Assembly: GCF_032062105.1 (NCBI RefSeq)
Contig: NW_026927443.1
Span: 1-64,000, forward strand
Source of the DNA: Saccostrea cucullata
Lineage: Eukaryota
Length of the DNA stretch: 64,000 nucleotides
Direction of reading: 5' to 3'
In this document: one piece after another, positions 1-11,364 of the stretch
Numbering within the stretch: the stretch's first letter is position 1
How the letters are laid out: each line of letters begins with the position of its first letter
The notes under the pieces: generated by a model
Databases searched by the model: none
Told to the model about the DNA's origin: nothing
Seen by the model: the letters and a program-made list of their open reading frames with translations, nothing else
Made by a program: the position numbers and the translations under genes

Positions 1-233
1 GATTTTACGGTTATCGTGCTTTTTCCTAAACATTTAGACAATCTTTGATTACTATTGATTCGCCGGCGATATGAATGTTGAATACTTTTTTTTAAAATTG
101 TTAACTCCGCAGAAACGCACAGCGACTTAAAACTTTCATATCATATAACCGACCGCCTCCTGGCGGCCGGTAAAAAAAAAACTTTCATCGCGCACTATCC
201 TCAAAATAATCTCTCTCTCTCTCTCTCTCTTCC

Positions 234-1448
234 ATAAATTCAAATTTCAGGTATATTTTTTGTATCATTTTGGTTAATGTGAAAGCGTAAATAATTATGT
301 GAATACTTTAAATAATGTTTATATGCTATAGGAGTGTGAAAACTAAAATTCATGCCAATGATAGAAAAAAACTTGGTCTTCCGTCCGATTTTTCGATAAG
401 ATGAGATATGATTTTGACAATGATTTTTGTTAAAACATTACATATTAAGACTTCTCTCATGTGATTTAATTTTTTGATTAATATAACATTTAAAAAAGCT
501 ATAAATGAAAGTTTCTTGGCTCTTCTGGGCCCTTAATTTAAGGGGTCACACCATTTACCTTCATATCAACTAATAAATTTCCATATTTGAAAGATTTTAT
601 TTTTGTTCAACAACAATTAAGAAATTTCTTTTCGTTGTGTAGAATAGAAATATATAGGGGCCAGCCCTTCAAGTCCTTAATGGGGCCGTTTTGAGAAATT
701 TGAATTGTTGTATATTGTTTAGAATACGATTCTGAACATCTTTTATTCAATACTACTTATCAAAAAATTTCTCCCTTTGGAGGTATAAAGAATCAAAAGA
801 TTTTGCATTTTGGCCCCTGGTGGCTCCTAATTACGTAACATAAAAATGTATGATCATAATTTAACAATATGGTGTTGCAAATTGTTAAGATGAATATTTT
901 TTCTTCAGTTATTTATTACAATGAAGAGATATCGATAAAGGACTTTTGGCCCTTCTGAGACCCTAATTTGAGAGGTCAGCCCCTTTTCCTTGGTATTATT
1001 TAAAAGGTTTTAACATTCTGCACAATTTCTCTTCAATATGTTTTAACAAATTATGAACAGGTAAGACGATATGAAACGTGAAAAGTCAAATTTTGTGAGA
1101 TGTTTCTGAAACATTTTTTGAGCCCTATCGAGCTAGAAAACTTTGAACACCCATATGCAACTCAGCAAACCATCCTTTACTCTCACTGAAAATCTCAACT
1201 CAATATCTTAAGTCGTTTAGGAGGAGTTACCGGGACAAAACGACCCTCTAAAAATCAGAAAATCGTCCATATCTCACGACCAGAAGTGACGTCTTCAATA
1301 TAAAAAAAATTATCAATAAGTTCAGATCAATATCTATCAGATCTGAAAGTTTCGTGAAAATCGACTGAGCCGTTTCCGAGAACTCGCGTGCACACAAATC
1401 GGTAAGAAAAAAATAATAGGGAAAAAGAAACCGAACGAAAACAATAAT

Positions 1449-1479
<31 letters not shown>
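234..1479. mobile_element. Non-autonomous Helentron/HINE-like element (right end clear, left boundary uncertain)
   Basis: Terminal hairpin gtcttccgttggaaacggaagac (~1450-1472) followed by cttaat. Internally repeated 'ggccc..taattt.ag.ggtcagcccc' units. No ORF. Confidence 0.5.
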
Positions 1480-1700
1480 TACAACAATTATCTAATCTGA
1501 AAAAAAAAACAAAGGACATGGGTATGTTATGTTATGTTTTTATTATCAGCTCTATGTAACAAGTAAATAACTTTACATTATATTGGAAAATGTTGTTGAA
1601 GACGACTACTTAAATAATTTGGCTTAATGAGCGTCTGATTTAATCACTTTTTTTTCAACCAAAAAAATAAAAGACAAGAATAATGTCAGGAATAAATATA

Positions 1701-2804
1701 TTAATTTTTCAGTCCTTTAGTGATGGCGTCCGGCGGTGGCGTCATTGACCAGTACCACGTGTTGAACCATTGAGGTAACAGAGAGACGGGGTAAAAATGA
1801 TAGATACAGTCAGGTCCACATCTATAACGTTTCTTTGGCATCACAGAAAACAGCGCGTGGTAAATGGCGGTGGTCACCAGGGACAGATCCTTACACTGAA
1901 CATTTGGAATACCATCCATCGATTCCTTTGCTACAAAACAAGAGTAATACTAAGACTCATTTTAGTAAATTTTATTCATAAAAAATAGTCTTCACCATAG
2001 TCTTACTTTCTTTGAACTTACTTTTATTTAACCATTGCTTTCCATAGAACTCCTGAACTTCTTCGTCAGCAGCTTCGTATGCTCTCTGTAGTGTAGCTTT
2101 CATCTCGTTTATATCTACGATTATGCTTGTTTTGAATGCCCCTGGCTGGATAGTATGAATCGTCACACCAACGTCATACAGTTCCCTTCTGAAAAGTACA
2201 GGTTTAAAACATCTGTAAAAATTATTTTTAATGAAAATAAAGTAAAATTCTTTCAAAGTATTATTTCATCTTTGAGAATGTTCTTAATGAATTATAGTAT
2301 ACAGTGGGACAAAGGAATTCAAGTTTAAAAGTCCATTTAAACAATTCAAATTAGGAGCAGAGCAAACACGGACCTCCAAAACATGAGAAGTGGGATTAGG
2401 TGCCATGGAGGTCACACCCACCGTGTGCTGCTTGCCAAGGTCGGAAAATAAAGGGAAAATCCATCTACAATTCAGTGTTTTAATTGCCTAAAATAGTATG
2501 AAAACCCTTAACTTTCGACTTAATGATATAATGTATTTGCTGACAAAGTCATTGTTTCATAGAACCATAGAACTTACTCCATGCTTATTTCAGAATAAAT
2601 AGACTAAATGATACACACTAAATAGGAAATATCAAGTTAGATGTGAAGATTTATCATTTATTTGCAATACTGTGTGGCTAGACTTTTTTTTCTTTTTTGT
2701 TTTAGACTCTAATACTTCAAACTTCTCCTCTCTTATAATTTCATTTTTTCCCTGTTTAAGATTATCAAGTTTATGCAAAATTGTTAGTATTTGTTTGTTG
2801 TTTA

Positions 2805-2847
<43 letters not shown>

Positions 2848-4108
2848 CTTCCCCGTAGAGGGCTACAAATGTTGTCGTATACTCGACACTTTGGACCATT
2901 GAGCAGTGATTAATATTTTTCTGTGCCAGCACCTAATGCGACACGGGACTTCGGCTTATAACAGGTCTCATCCGAAAGACCGGTCTCCACATCCCATAAT
3001 GGGATTCAAATCGGCGACGCAAAGATCAACTCCTTACTTCGCTACTCTATACAGCAGACGCTCTAAACACTGAGCCAAGCAGCGAAAAGTAAGAATTAGT
3101 ACCATGTAAATCAGTAGATCCTTACCTTAGGCATTCTGCCATACTTTCAACTCCAACTTTACTGATGACGTAAGGAACCCGACAGGCCTGTTCCCGGAAA
3201 ACACACTCGCTAGTGACATATACAAGTCTACCTTTCTCTTTTCTCACGAGAGGCAAAAATGATCTTGTCATGTTTATGGATCCAAACAGGTTTACCGATA
3301 AACATTTTTCTACAGCTTCAGGTGAATGAAACTCCAAAGGTGCGTGCAAAACCTGTAGACCAGCATTATTGACTAGCCCCCATAAACCTAAAGATGCAAG
3401 AATAAAATATATATTCCGGCAATCAAACACAAGAAAATCAAATGATCATCAGAAATTGCTATATTCAATCCTACAAAATGACTTTATTACTGATATTAGC
3501 AAATATGACCTATCACTGGGTAGTACTTTACCTGACTGTTTTAATAGCAGTTGTTAGACTATTGTTTTTGCACTAAATTTTAATACTGAATGTTCTGTTT
3601 ACTTGATCAATATAAAGGGTTCGGGGCGAGTATTAAAGTCCAATAGGGGATGCTTACCTAGGCACATGATCCCAAGTCAGGAAATTCCAGAGCTCTGTGT
3701 TATGCTCTGTTCTTCGATTTGTATTGTTTAAAGTTTTTCTGAGATTGATCACTAACTTATTTGATTTACTAAATTCTCACCTGAAGATTCTGGCAAATGA
3801 CGTTTGACAAATTCCACAGCATTACGGATGCTGATCTGATCCGTGACGTCAAGTTGTAAAACACGTAGTCTTGATGACGTATGTTTCTTCAGTTCTGTTC
3901 CACCCTTCTCGGTTAGACATGCTGCAAACACTGGTACACCCTGCTTATCCAGTAAACGGGCTAAAGCATTTCCAAAGCCAGAATCACATCCCGTTATGAG
4001 GACGTAGCGATTATTAATGCCATCAATAGATGTTTTTCCTTTGTGATACTCATAAATTTTGTATAAAATATACAAAAAGATTATGAATAGAAATAATAGG
4101 CAGCACAT
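1701..4108 (-). CDS. Short-chain dehydrogenase/reductase, SDR9C (retinol dehydrogenase / 17-beta-HSD6 / BDH1-like), copy 1, ~328 aa
   Basis: Exons 4108-3781, 3387-3126, 2188-2022 and 1930-1701, all GT-AG with consistent phases. Has an N-terminal hydrophobic anchor, the TGCDSGFG cofactor motif, LWGLVNNAG, catalytic YVISK, and the C-terminal 'HALFSVMPKKRY' typical of SDR9C. Confidence 0.92.
2340..2560 (-). mobile_element. Penelope-like retroelement 3' remnant (SDR1 intron 2)
   Basis: Reverse complement of the block 'cacggtgggtgtgacc...ggcacct.atcccac...ggaggtccgtgtttgctctgctcctaattt', also present at ~14.1, 20.9 and 28.6 kb. Confidence 0.6.
2790..3085 (-). mobile_element. tRNA-derived SINE (SDR1 intron 2)
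   Basis: On the minus strand: A-box-like tggctcagtgtttagagc, B-box-like gtttgaatccc, a central body ending ...gggacgttaaac, and an (aaac)n tail. Confidence 0.7.
3640..3755 (+). mobile_element. Short degenerate Penelope-like 3' remnant (SDR1 intron 1)
   Basis: 'ggggatgcttac.ctaggcacatgatcc...gagattgatcact' resembles the other copies. Confidence 0.45.
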
Positions 4109-6036
4109 GTTCGTATTTGTATCAGTTAAGATAGAAAACTCAGATAATGGTCAGGTTGATAACTAGGCCATATCTTCGGAAGGTATTGCGCTTCTGACCC
4201 AACCACGACAAACAGGTGTCATTTGTTCCTTAAATAGAGGCGACACTAGTATGTTGCAGATATTTCTGATGAGTTGGCCCCGTGTCACTCATAAGAGTAA
4301 AATCATTTTGCAAGTGATAATATACAATCAATGTTCAGTTGTTAACCTGTCGTATCATTAAAAAGAAACTACAGGTGAACTTCGCCTAAAGGTTGATAAA
4401 CATTGCAGTTCTAACAGGAAATAAAATGTGCAGTGTAACTGTCGACTTAAAATGAAACGGACAATAACCATTCCGAATGTACTGTAACATTCCTATTGTA
4501 TTGTACATGTGTATTTGCTTGCTTTAAATTCAATATTATTTTTTAAATACGATTTATTTACCTTTCACGAAAAAGAATCAGAAAGTTACTAAGTTACTAC
4601 ATACCAGGCACAACTATAACTATGCAAAGTATTTGCAGAAAAGTTTTCTCTAGGCGAGAATAAAGTACCATTGAAGTGGTGTTATGGGAAAGTAGGAACG
4701 ACAATAGCTAGTTAAGGAGGACTGCGGACAGCACCAAGGACATGGCAGAAGGAAGACAGTAGAGTGTCAAATGACGATTAAGAAGTTCAAGAAAAGAAAC
4801 AAATAGGGAGAAAATTAAGAAGGCAAAATGAATAGCACTAAATGGGGAGAAGCATGAAGATATAGACACACTTCTTGAAACGATATACTTCAGAACCAGC
4901 AAAGAAGAAATTTTAAAAAAAATTTAAAGAAGTGATATACATGATAGAAGAGACCGATTCGGAGTGGACAACACAGAAACATCATGGGAGAGAAAATTGA
5001 ACCTTCCTCGGTTTGTTTCTGGTGTGGTTGAGATGAGGATATCTACTGGAAACCAGTGGAATGTTTATTAAACAGAAAAAAAAATTTAAAGGAAGTAAAT
5101 TCGGAATAGAAGAAGGATCTCCATATATTTCATCAAACGCTCAGGGAGAATAACAGATTAGAGATTGTACTTCCATGTAACTTTTTATTTTATATAGTGT
5201 AACTGACTTCAGAACTTTAATCAACATTAATCAACATATAACTTCCGGATAGGAATTCAGACCAAATGTACTCGTATGTGAAATGTAGAGATACATCATT
5301 AAACATTATGGCTCATTACACTTTTAAACATTGATTTGTTTTATCAAATCCGTTCGTGTTCAAGATGGTCAGTTTAAAGTATACCCTTGCTTAAGAAAAA
5401 GAGATACACAGAAAAAGGCAAGTTGATGATCGAAGCTTGCTCAACTTTGAATTTTTAGAAATTCATTAGAAATTTATTTAAACACATCAGAAAAAGCTTT
5501 AACCAAAATAAATTTCTTTAGGTTAATATCTATGTACATTCTCAATAATTAAAAGAAAAGGAGCCGAGACCCCGGATGGATTTTACATGTAATTCGTACC
5601 TTGGCTGGAAAAGTCTCATGCCAGTTTACTAGTACTTGTTATGTGTGATGAAGATAATTGTTAGTGGATTTCCAGGTCTTTACTCTCTGAAGTGTTTCTT
5701 GATTGTATAAAATAATACCCCATGACTTATATCTTACACAGTTCTACTTATCAATGACCATTGGTTTATACCTGTACTTTAACAAGAAACAGTCATCAAA
5801 AGAATTCTCTGATGTAATGTTCAAATTGGATCTCGATGTATGAACTTCTAAAAATTGTTGAAACAACGACAATAAGCAAAAACGTTTCGACAAAATTGAC
5901 TCATCGCAGGAATAACCATGAATGTTGGTTTTCATAGATATTTTATTATTTTTATAAATTCTTTGTAACTTATGTACATCATACTTTAATACTTAATTAA
6001 ATGTATCCATATGACACACATTTTAAAATAGGAACT

Positions 6037-7991
6037 TCAATTATGTGTAACTGCTTCCGGCTGTGGATTCATTGCCCAGTACCAGGTATTAAACCATTCA
6101 GGAAGCAAAGAAATGGGATAGAAGTAATATTCACAGATTTTACCACATCGGTATCGTCTCTTCGGCATCACAGAAAACAGGGCGTGACAGATGGCATTTG
6201 TCACCGGGGACAAATCCTCGTATTGAATCTTTGGTATTCCTTCAAAAGATTCCTTTACTGTAAAAAAAAATATAAGTATTTCATTTGTCGTCTTTAACTC
6301 CCAACTCAGGTAAAGGTAAATTCATTATTTTGGTCTTACTTTTCTGTAACCATTGCTGTCCATAAAATTGCTTGACTTCTTCGTCCACTTCGTCAAACGC
6401 CTTCTGTAGAGCAGATTTCATCTCGTTAGGGTCTACGATCCGGGTTTTAAATGGTCCTGGCTGGATTGTGTGTGACGTCACACCAACTTGATACAATTCT
6501 CTTCTACAGTGTAAAGTGGTGATTTATAGGAAAACGTTTCTTATTTGTAATAACAAACAAGGGTAGTATTTTCATATCTTTCAATACGCCTATAAAACTT
6601 GTTTTCTTTAAGGATGCTATATGCATCATTTGTTTGTAAATTTTTAATAAAATTCTCACACTTCTGTTCACAAGCAAACATACAAGCAGCATTTACAGAT
6701 CAACATCATCATAAACTGTTAAATCCACTTTATAGTTAAAAATACATTATATAATATATTGCCTTGTTCTAAGAAATATGATCGTCATTTTCATTTTACA
6801 AGTACAACTGCATAAGTCATTGTAATTTATAAGTAATTTTGATTTAACATTTAACTGCTTAAGTCATTAAATGTAAAATCGAAATTATGCAGACATTGGA
6901 TAAGTAAGAATCTGAAAGTCAATACTGCGATGCTGCCAGCATCATAATGTTTCTTCTTTGTTTTTTTTTTTAAGATTTGTTGGAATGGAATCTAGATGTT
7001 TGATTTTACTTTCTTTGATTTAAAATTGAATAAAAGGCATGCCAAAGCATAGTAAATGGAACTTTGCCCCTCTCACCTTAGGCATTCTGCAAGAGCTTCG
7101 ATTCCAAATTTACTGATGACGTAAGGTGCCCGACACGGCCACTCTATAAAAGCACTGTCACTAGATATGTACACAAGTCTACCTTTGGCTTTTCTAAGGA
7201 GAGGTAAAAATGACCTTGTAACGTCAATCGAACCAAGTAGGTTGACCTTCAAACATTTTTCTATCGCCTCATGAGACTGAAACTCCAAAGGAGCATGTAA
7301 AACCTGTAAACCTGCATTGTTGACGATTCCCCACAAACCTAGAAATATTGAAGTGAGACAGGAATTGAACAAATACAAGAATGAAAGAATAATCGAAGAA
7401 CATGTATGTAAATTGTTATAGATTTAAAAATGGGGTGAGTTATTTAAAAAATTACATGTATAACCTTTAGAAAACATTATAGCACTTATATATCTTTTAA
7501 AAGACTCGAAAAAATCTGAGGTTAACTTTTTGTGGTAAAATAAATCGAAAATAATAATGATGTACGTGTACTAAGGTGGAATACTTTGTGGAGAATTTTC
7601 GCATTATCGGAAATAGAACTTATCTTAAGCTTAACATCGTACGAAAATGAAGGGATTATTTACCTGAAGATTTTGGCAAATGACGTTTAACAAATTCCAC
7701 AGCATTACGGATGCTCTTCTGATCCGTGACGTCAAGTTGCAGAACACGGAGTCGTGATGACGTATGTTTCTTCAGTTCTGTTCCACCCTTCTCGGTTAAA
7801 CATGCTGCAAACACTGGAACACCCTGTTTATCCAGTAAACGGGCTAACGCATTTCCGAAACCAGAATCACACCCCGTTATGAGGACGTAGCGATTATTTT
7901 TGTTCTCAACTGAAGTTTTCCCTTTGTGGAATTCATAAACTTTATATACAACATAAAGAACGACGAAAAGTGCCAATATCAGGCAACACAT
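6037..7991 (-). CDS. Short-chain dehydrogenase/reductase, SDR9C-like, tandem copy 2, ~324 aa
   Basis: Exons 7991-7664, 7338-7077, 6503-6340 and 6257-6037. Same intron positions and motifs as copy 1 (TGCDSGFG, NNAG, YVISK). Confidence 0.92.
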
Positions 7992-8885
7992 GTTGACATT
8001 AAATGAACGTCATTGATAAGCATTTCTTCACATGAAACCAGATAACAGAGCCATATCGAGCGTATCGCTTCAATCGAGTCAAGGGATATAGGGACTTCAA
8101 TCGGTCCTTTGAATATTTTATTATTCTCCCCCTCCCCATATAAGTACAATTAATTCTTTCGTATGGGTCGGGGGTATATTTTACCAGTGGAATGATTTAG
8201 AAATAAATATTCTTACCGACAACTTTTATAAAAGACTGTGTTTAAATATAATACATCTATTTAAACATCCACAAGTATTAAAAAAGTACATCCATGTACA
8301 TTTCATTTTATTAGTAAATTATTTCAATCCGGAATAAAGGTAAGTATTCACCCCTTTTACCTTTTTGCTCAAGCAATATTATTCTGAAGGATATCAATCT
8401 TTTGTTTAAAAAGTTACAAAACTAAGCATTTATAAAAATTGTTGGGACTTCTGATCAAAGACATTTTTAATATTCATTCATCAAAAGAGTATTCAAAGAT
8501 CATGTACTGCCTAGAAAAGCTAAAGCACAAAAGACAGAAAATATCGAGGTTTTAATAAATTTAATGGTTATACATTGATAAACAGTCTTCTACTCTCTGT
8601 GGTCGACTAATGGATGGTCAGTAAGGTGGACGGCGTTGTCAAGGTAACTAGATAAATGTTCTCATCTATGCTCTTTCAACACATGATCGTGGGGATTGGA
8701 GGACGCGATGGACATTAATGCACCAAGATTGGTCAAGGTTTCTCCAGGACACCCGTCTTCGACTAATGATTTTGAAGAGTTCGGTTCGTGTGTTTGAGTT
8801 CTTGATTTGAGGACTACCAAGCTATTTTTATCTTTCTTTAAACATTGTAAAGATATTTCATTTAGTTCGTCTGATTCATTTCCTT

Positions 8886-9065
8886 TTACCACCTGACCTC
8901 CTCTACATATAGGTTCTCCTGCAACAAGAAAAATGTGAACATAAATTTAACTGACTCATCAAAACCAATGCACCAAGGCAATACTTATATTTTTCAGAGA
9001 AACACAAAAATTACTTACTCTTTCTATTGACATTTTCAGTATAGCAAACTTCTTCGGATTCGGCG
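8886..9065 (-). CDS. Probable alternative 3' exons of the membrane-protein gene
   Basis: Exons 9065-9019 (tag|...|gtaagt) and 8918-8886 (ttgcag|). Phases fit the TM-exon donor and give ...TPNPKKFAILKMSIERENLYVEEVRW*. Confidence 0.5.
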
Positions 9066-9290
9066 CTACAATTATTTGAATACAAAAAACAAACAAAACA
9101 AATTTTGTCTTTCTTTAATCTTCTCAAATGTAAATTTCATATACGATCAAACATTGATTTGTTATCAGAATGATTTCTGAAGGATATATAAACATGCATA
9201 AAAAAGGTTAGGTTCAAACTGTCAATAGAATGAGTGTTCATTTCATGCAGTAACATTTTAAAAAAATATATATTTTCTATAGCTAGCATG

Positions 9291-11333
9291 TTATATGATT
9301 ATATCAGTTAGAGTGGTGTCACGTGGACCCAGTGTGCTGTGCGGGTCCTGGGGCTCTGGTTTCAGGACACCATTCTTGCCAAACAGAACATCTAGAGACC
9401 CACTACTCTCTGTGGGTTTTACTCCTCCTCTGCTGGGCATTCTCGAGTTCATACCGGTTTTGTCCTTCCCAAAATTGGACACCTCCTCATTCGGAGCCCT
9501 TTTGGCCTCGTCCGAAGGAAGAATTGTTTTTTCTCGTTTCCCTAGTCCTTCTGGTGGTTGATCTGGAAAAGTAACCCTCTTCTCAGGCTTAACACTTTCG
9601 GAATTTTCACCCATTTCTTTATCAGGCTTATTTTTCATATCCTCTTTACTTATCACTCCATTAGGTTGATTCGTCTTCAAAACATTCGCCTCGTTTTCGG
9701 TAAGGTCAAACACGGTGACTGTTCCATTCGGTATGTTCTTCTCTTCCTTGTGTTCTGTTTTATCTACTTTATCTGCTTTATCTTTCTTTACTTTATCTCC
9801 ATTTGTTTCATCTATTTCTGGCACTTTTTGTTCCTTGCTTTCCTTATCAGCATCTACATCTTGCAATTCGCTGTCAATTGTCACCAGTATTTCCGGTTGT
9901 GGAACCGCCTTGTTGTCATCCATTTTCTTGTTGTCTGTGTTACTGGATATATCATCACTAGATGTGCTACTGTTGGTGTTATTATGACCACTATCAGTGG
10001 ACCTGTTGTTGTTATTAAGACTATTATCAGTGGACCCGTTATTTTTATTGCTGAGATTCTTATCTTTGGTTTTGCTGCTGTTGTGGTTCGTATTGACCAA
10101 AGGTTCCGGCATTTTCTTCAGACTGCCAACCGTTCCAACAGTAATCAAAGGATTGATTTTTCTCTCTAAAATGACACATAATAAAATAATGTTCTCTGAT
10201 TTAGTGCTCTTTACCTCTGCATATTTCTGACGTAATTTAAATTATAAATATTGTTGATGAATATCATAAAATAAAATTTTCAAGAAAATATTTAATATAC
10301 TTCGACATTAAGATATATTATATCAAAATTTATAAAGCACTAAATAAACCTACTGTAAAACAGCATTTTATAAATACAGACCATCCAATAGGTGAACCTA
10401 GGCATTGACCTGAATATTATTAAAGTAAATTCTGCTCTGCTTATGTTCTCCTATTGTTTGATGATTTCAGCAATTAACTTAAGAAGAGACAGGACACCAT
10501 TGATGTCCCAAAAATAAAAAAAATTTAACTATATTCAAATAAAGGAATAAATCACTATTTATAGATTTGATTCTTACTGGTGAAAAGTTTTTCCTCTTGC
10601 TTCTTTTTGAAATATCTATACCCCAGTACTGCCCCTATAATGATTGCTATAACTAATACCGTCACCACCACGCCCGCCACAATGGCGGCTGTGTTGTCCG
10701 AATCTTCTGGCGAACTCGGTGTCTCTATGTCTATGGTTTTAAAAAGCAAAGATTACAGTACATGCATGCATAAATGATAATCTGTAATTAGTAAAGTATT
10801 AAGGTTTTTATATCCTTATACTTAATAAGAAATATAGTTTTTACTTACAACAGGTCGCTGTAAACATAAAATGTATTTTTCATTAGAAACTTCAGCAAAA
10901 TGATAGTTTAGAATAAAAATGAATATCCCATATACATAAATGGTTCAGTCAAAGTAATACTCGCTCTCGAAAAACAACACAGAAATCATTTAATTAACCA
11001 TTAGTTAGAATAATTTGAAATATTGTACTTTTTGGAGATAAAAACTAAGCATTACATATTACTTGAATGTTTTCTTTCAAAAAAAAACTTGCATAGGGTG
11101 TCTTCTTTCATTAAAAGACACGGCCATTCCCTTTGTTCATTTCAAATCAGATCATGTTTAAAAATATTTTTAAATAGATCAAAAGAATTTTGTCACATTC
11201 AGTAATTGTATCTCGGAACGGATTTAAACCTATGGTCATGAGAAAATATTCTGTAACGTGTAAAACAAAATGAACGACATCCTTACTATTGGCTACAAAA
11301 TAAAGCAGACTTCCCGGGGCACTCGGTTTGATA

Positions 11334-11364
<31 letters not shown>

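Noticed and set aside
2990-3085. tRNA gene
   Set aside because: A and B boxes are degenerate and continue into a SINE body and tail; no full cloverleaf.
4680-5160. Purine-rich stretch resembling decayed retroelement coding sequence
   Set aside because: No motif I can identify with confidence; many stops.
9295-10230. Several plus-strand ORFs (up to 203 aa) over the large exon
   Set aside because: Antisense shadows of low-complexity coding sequence. The same applies to ORFs opposite the TRIM gene, the RTE and 45.6-47.7 kb.
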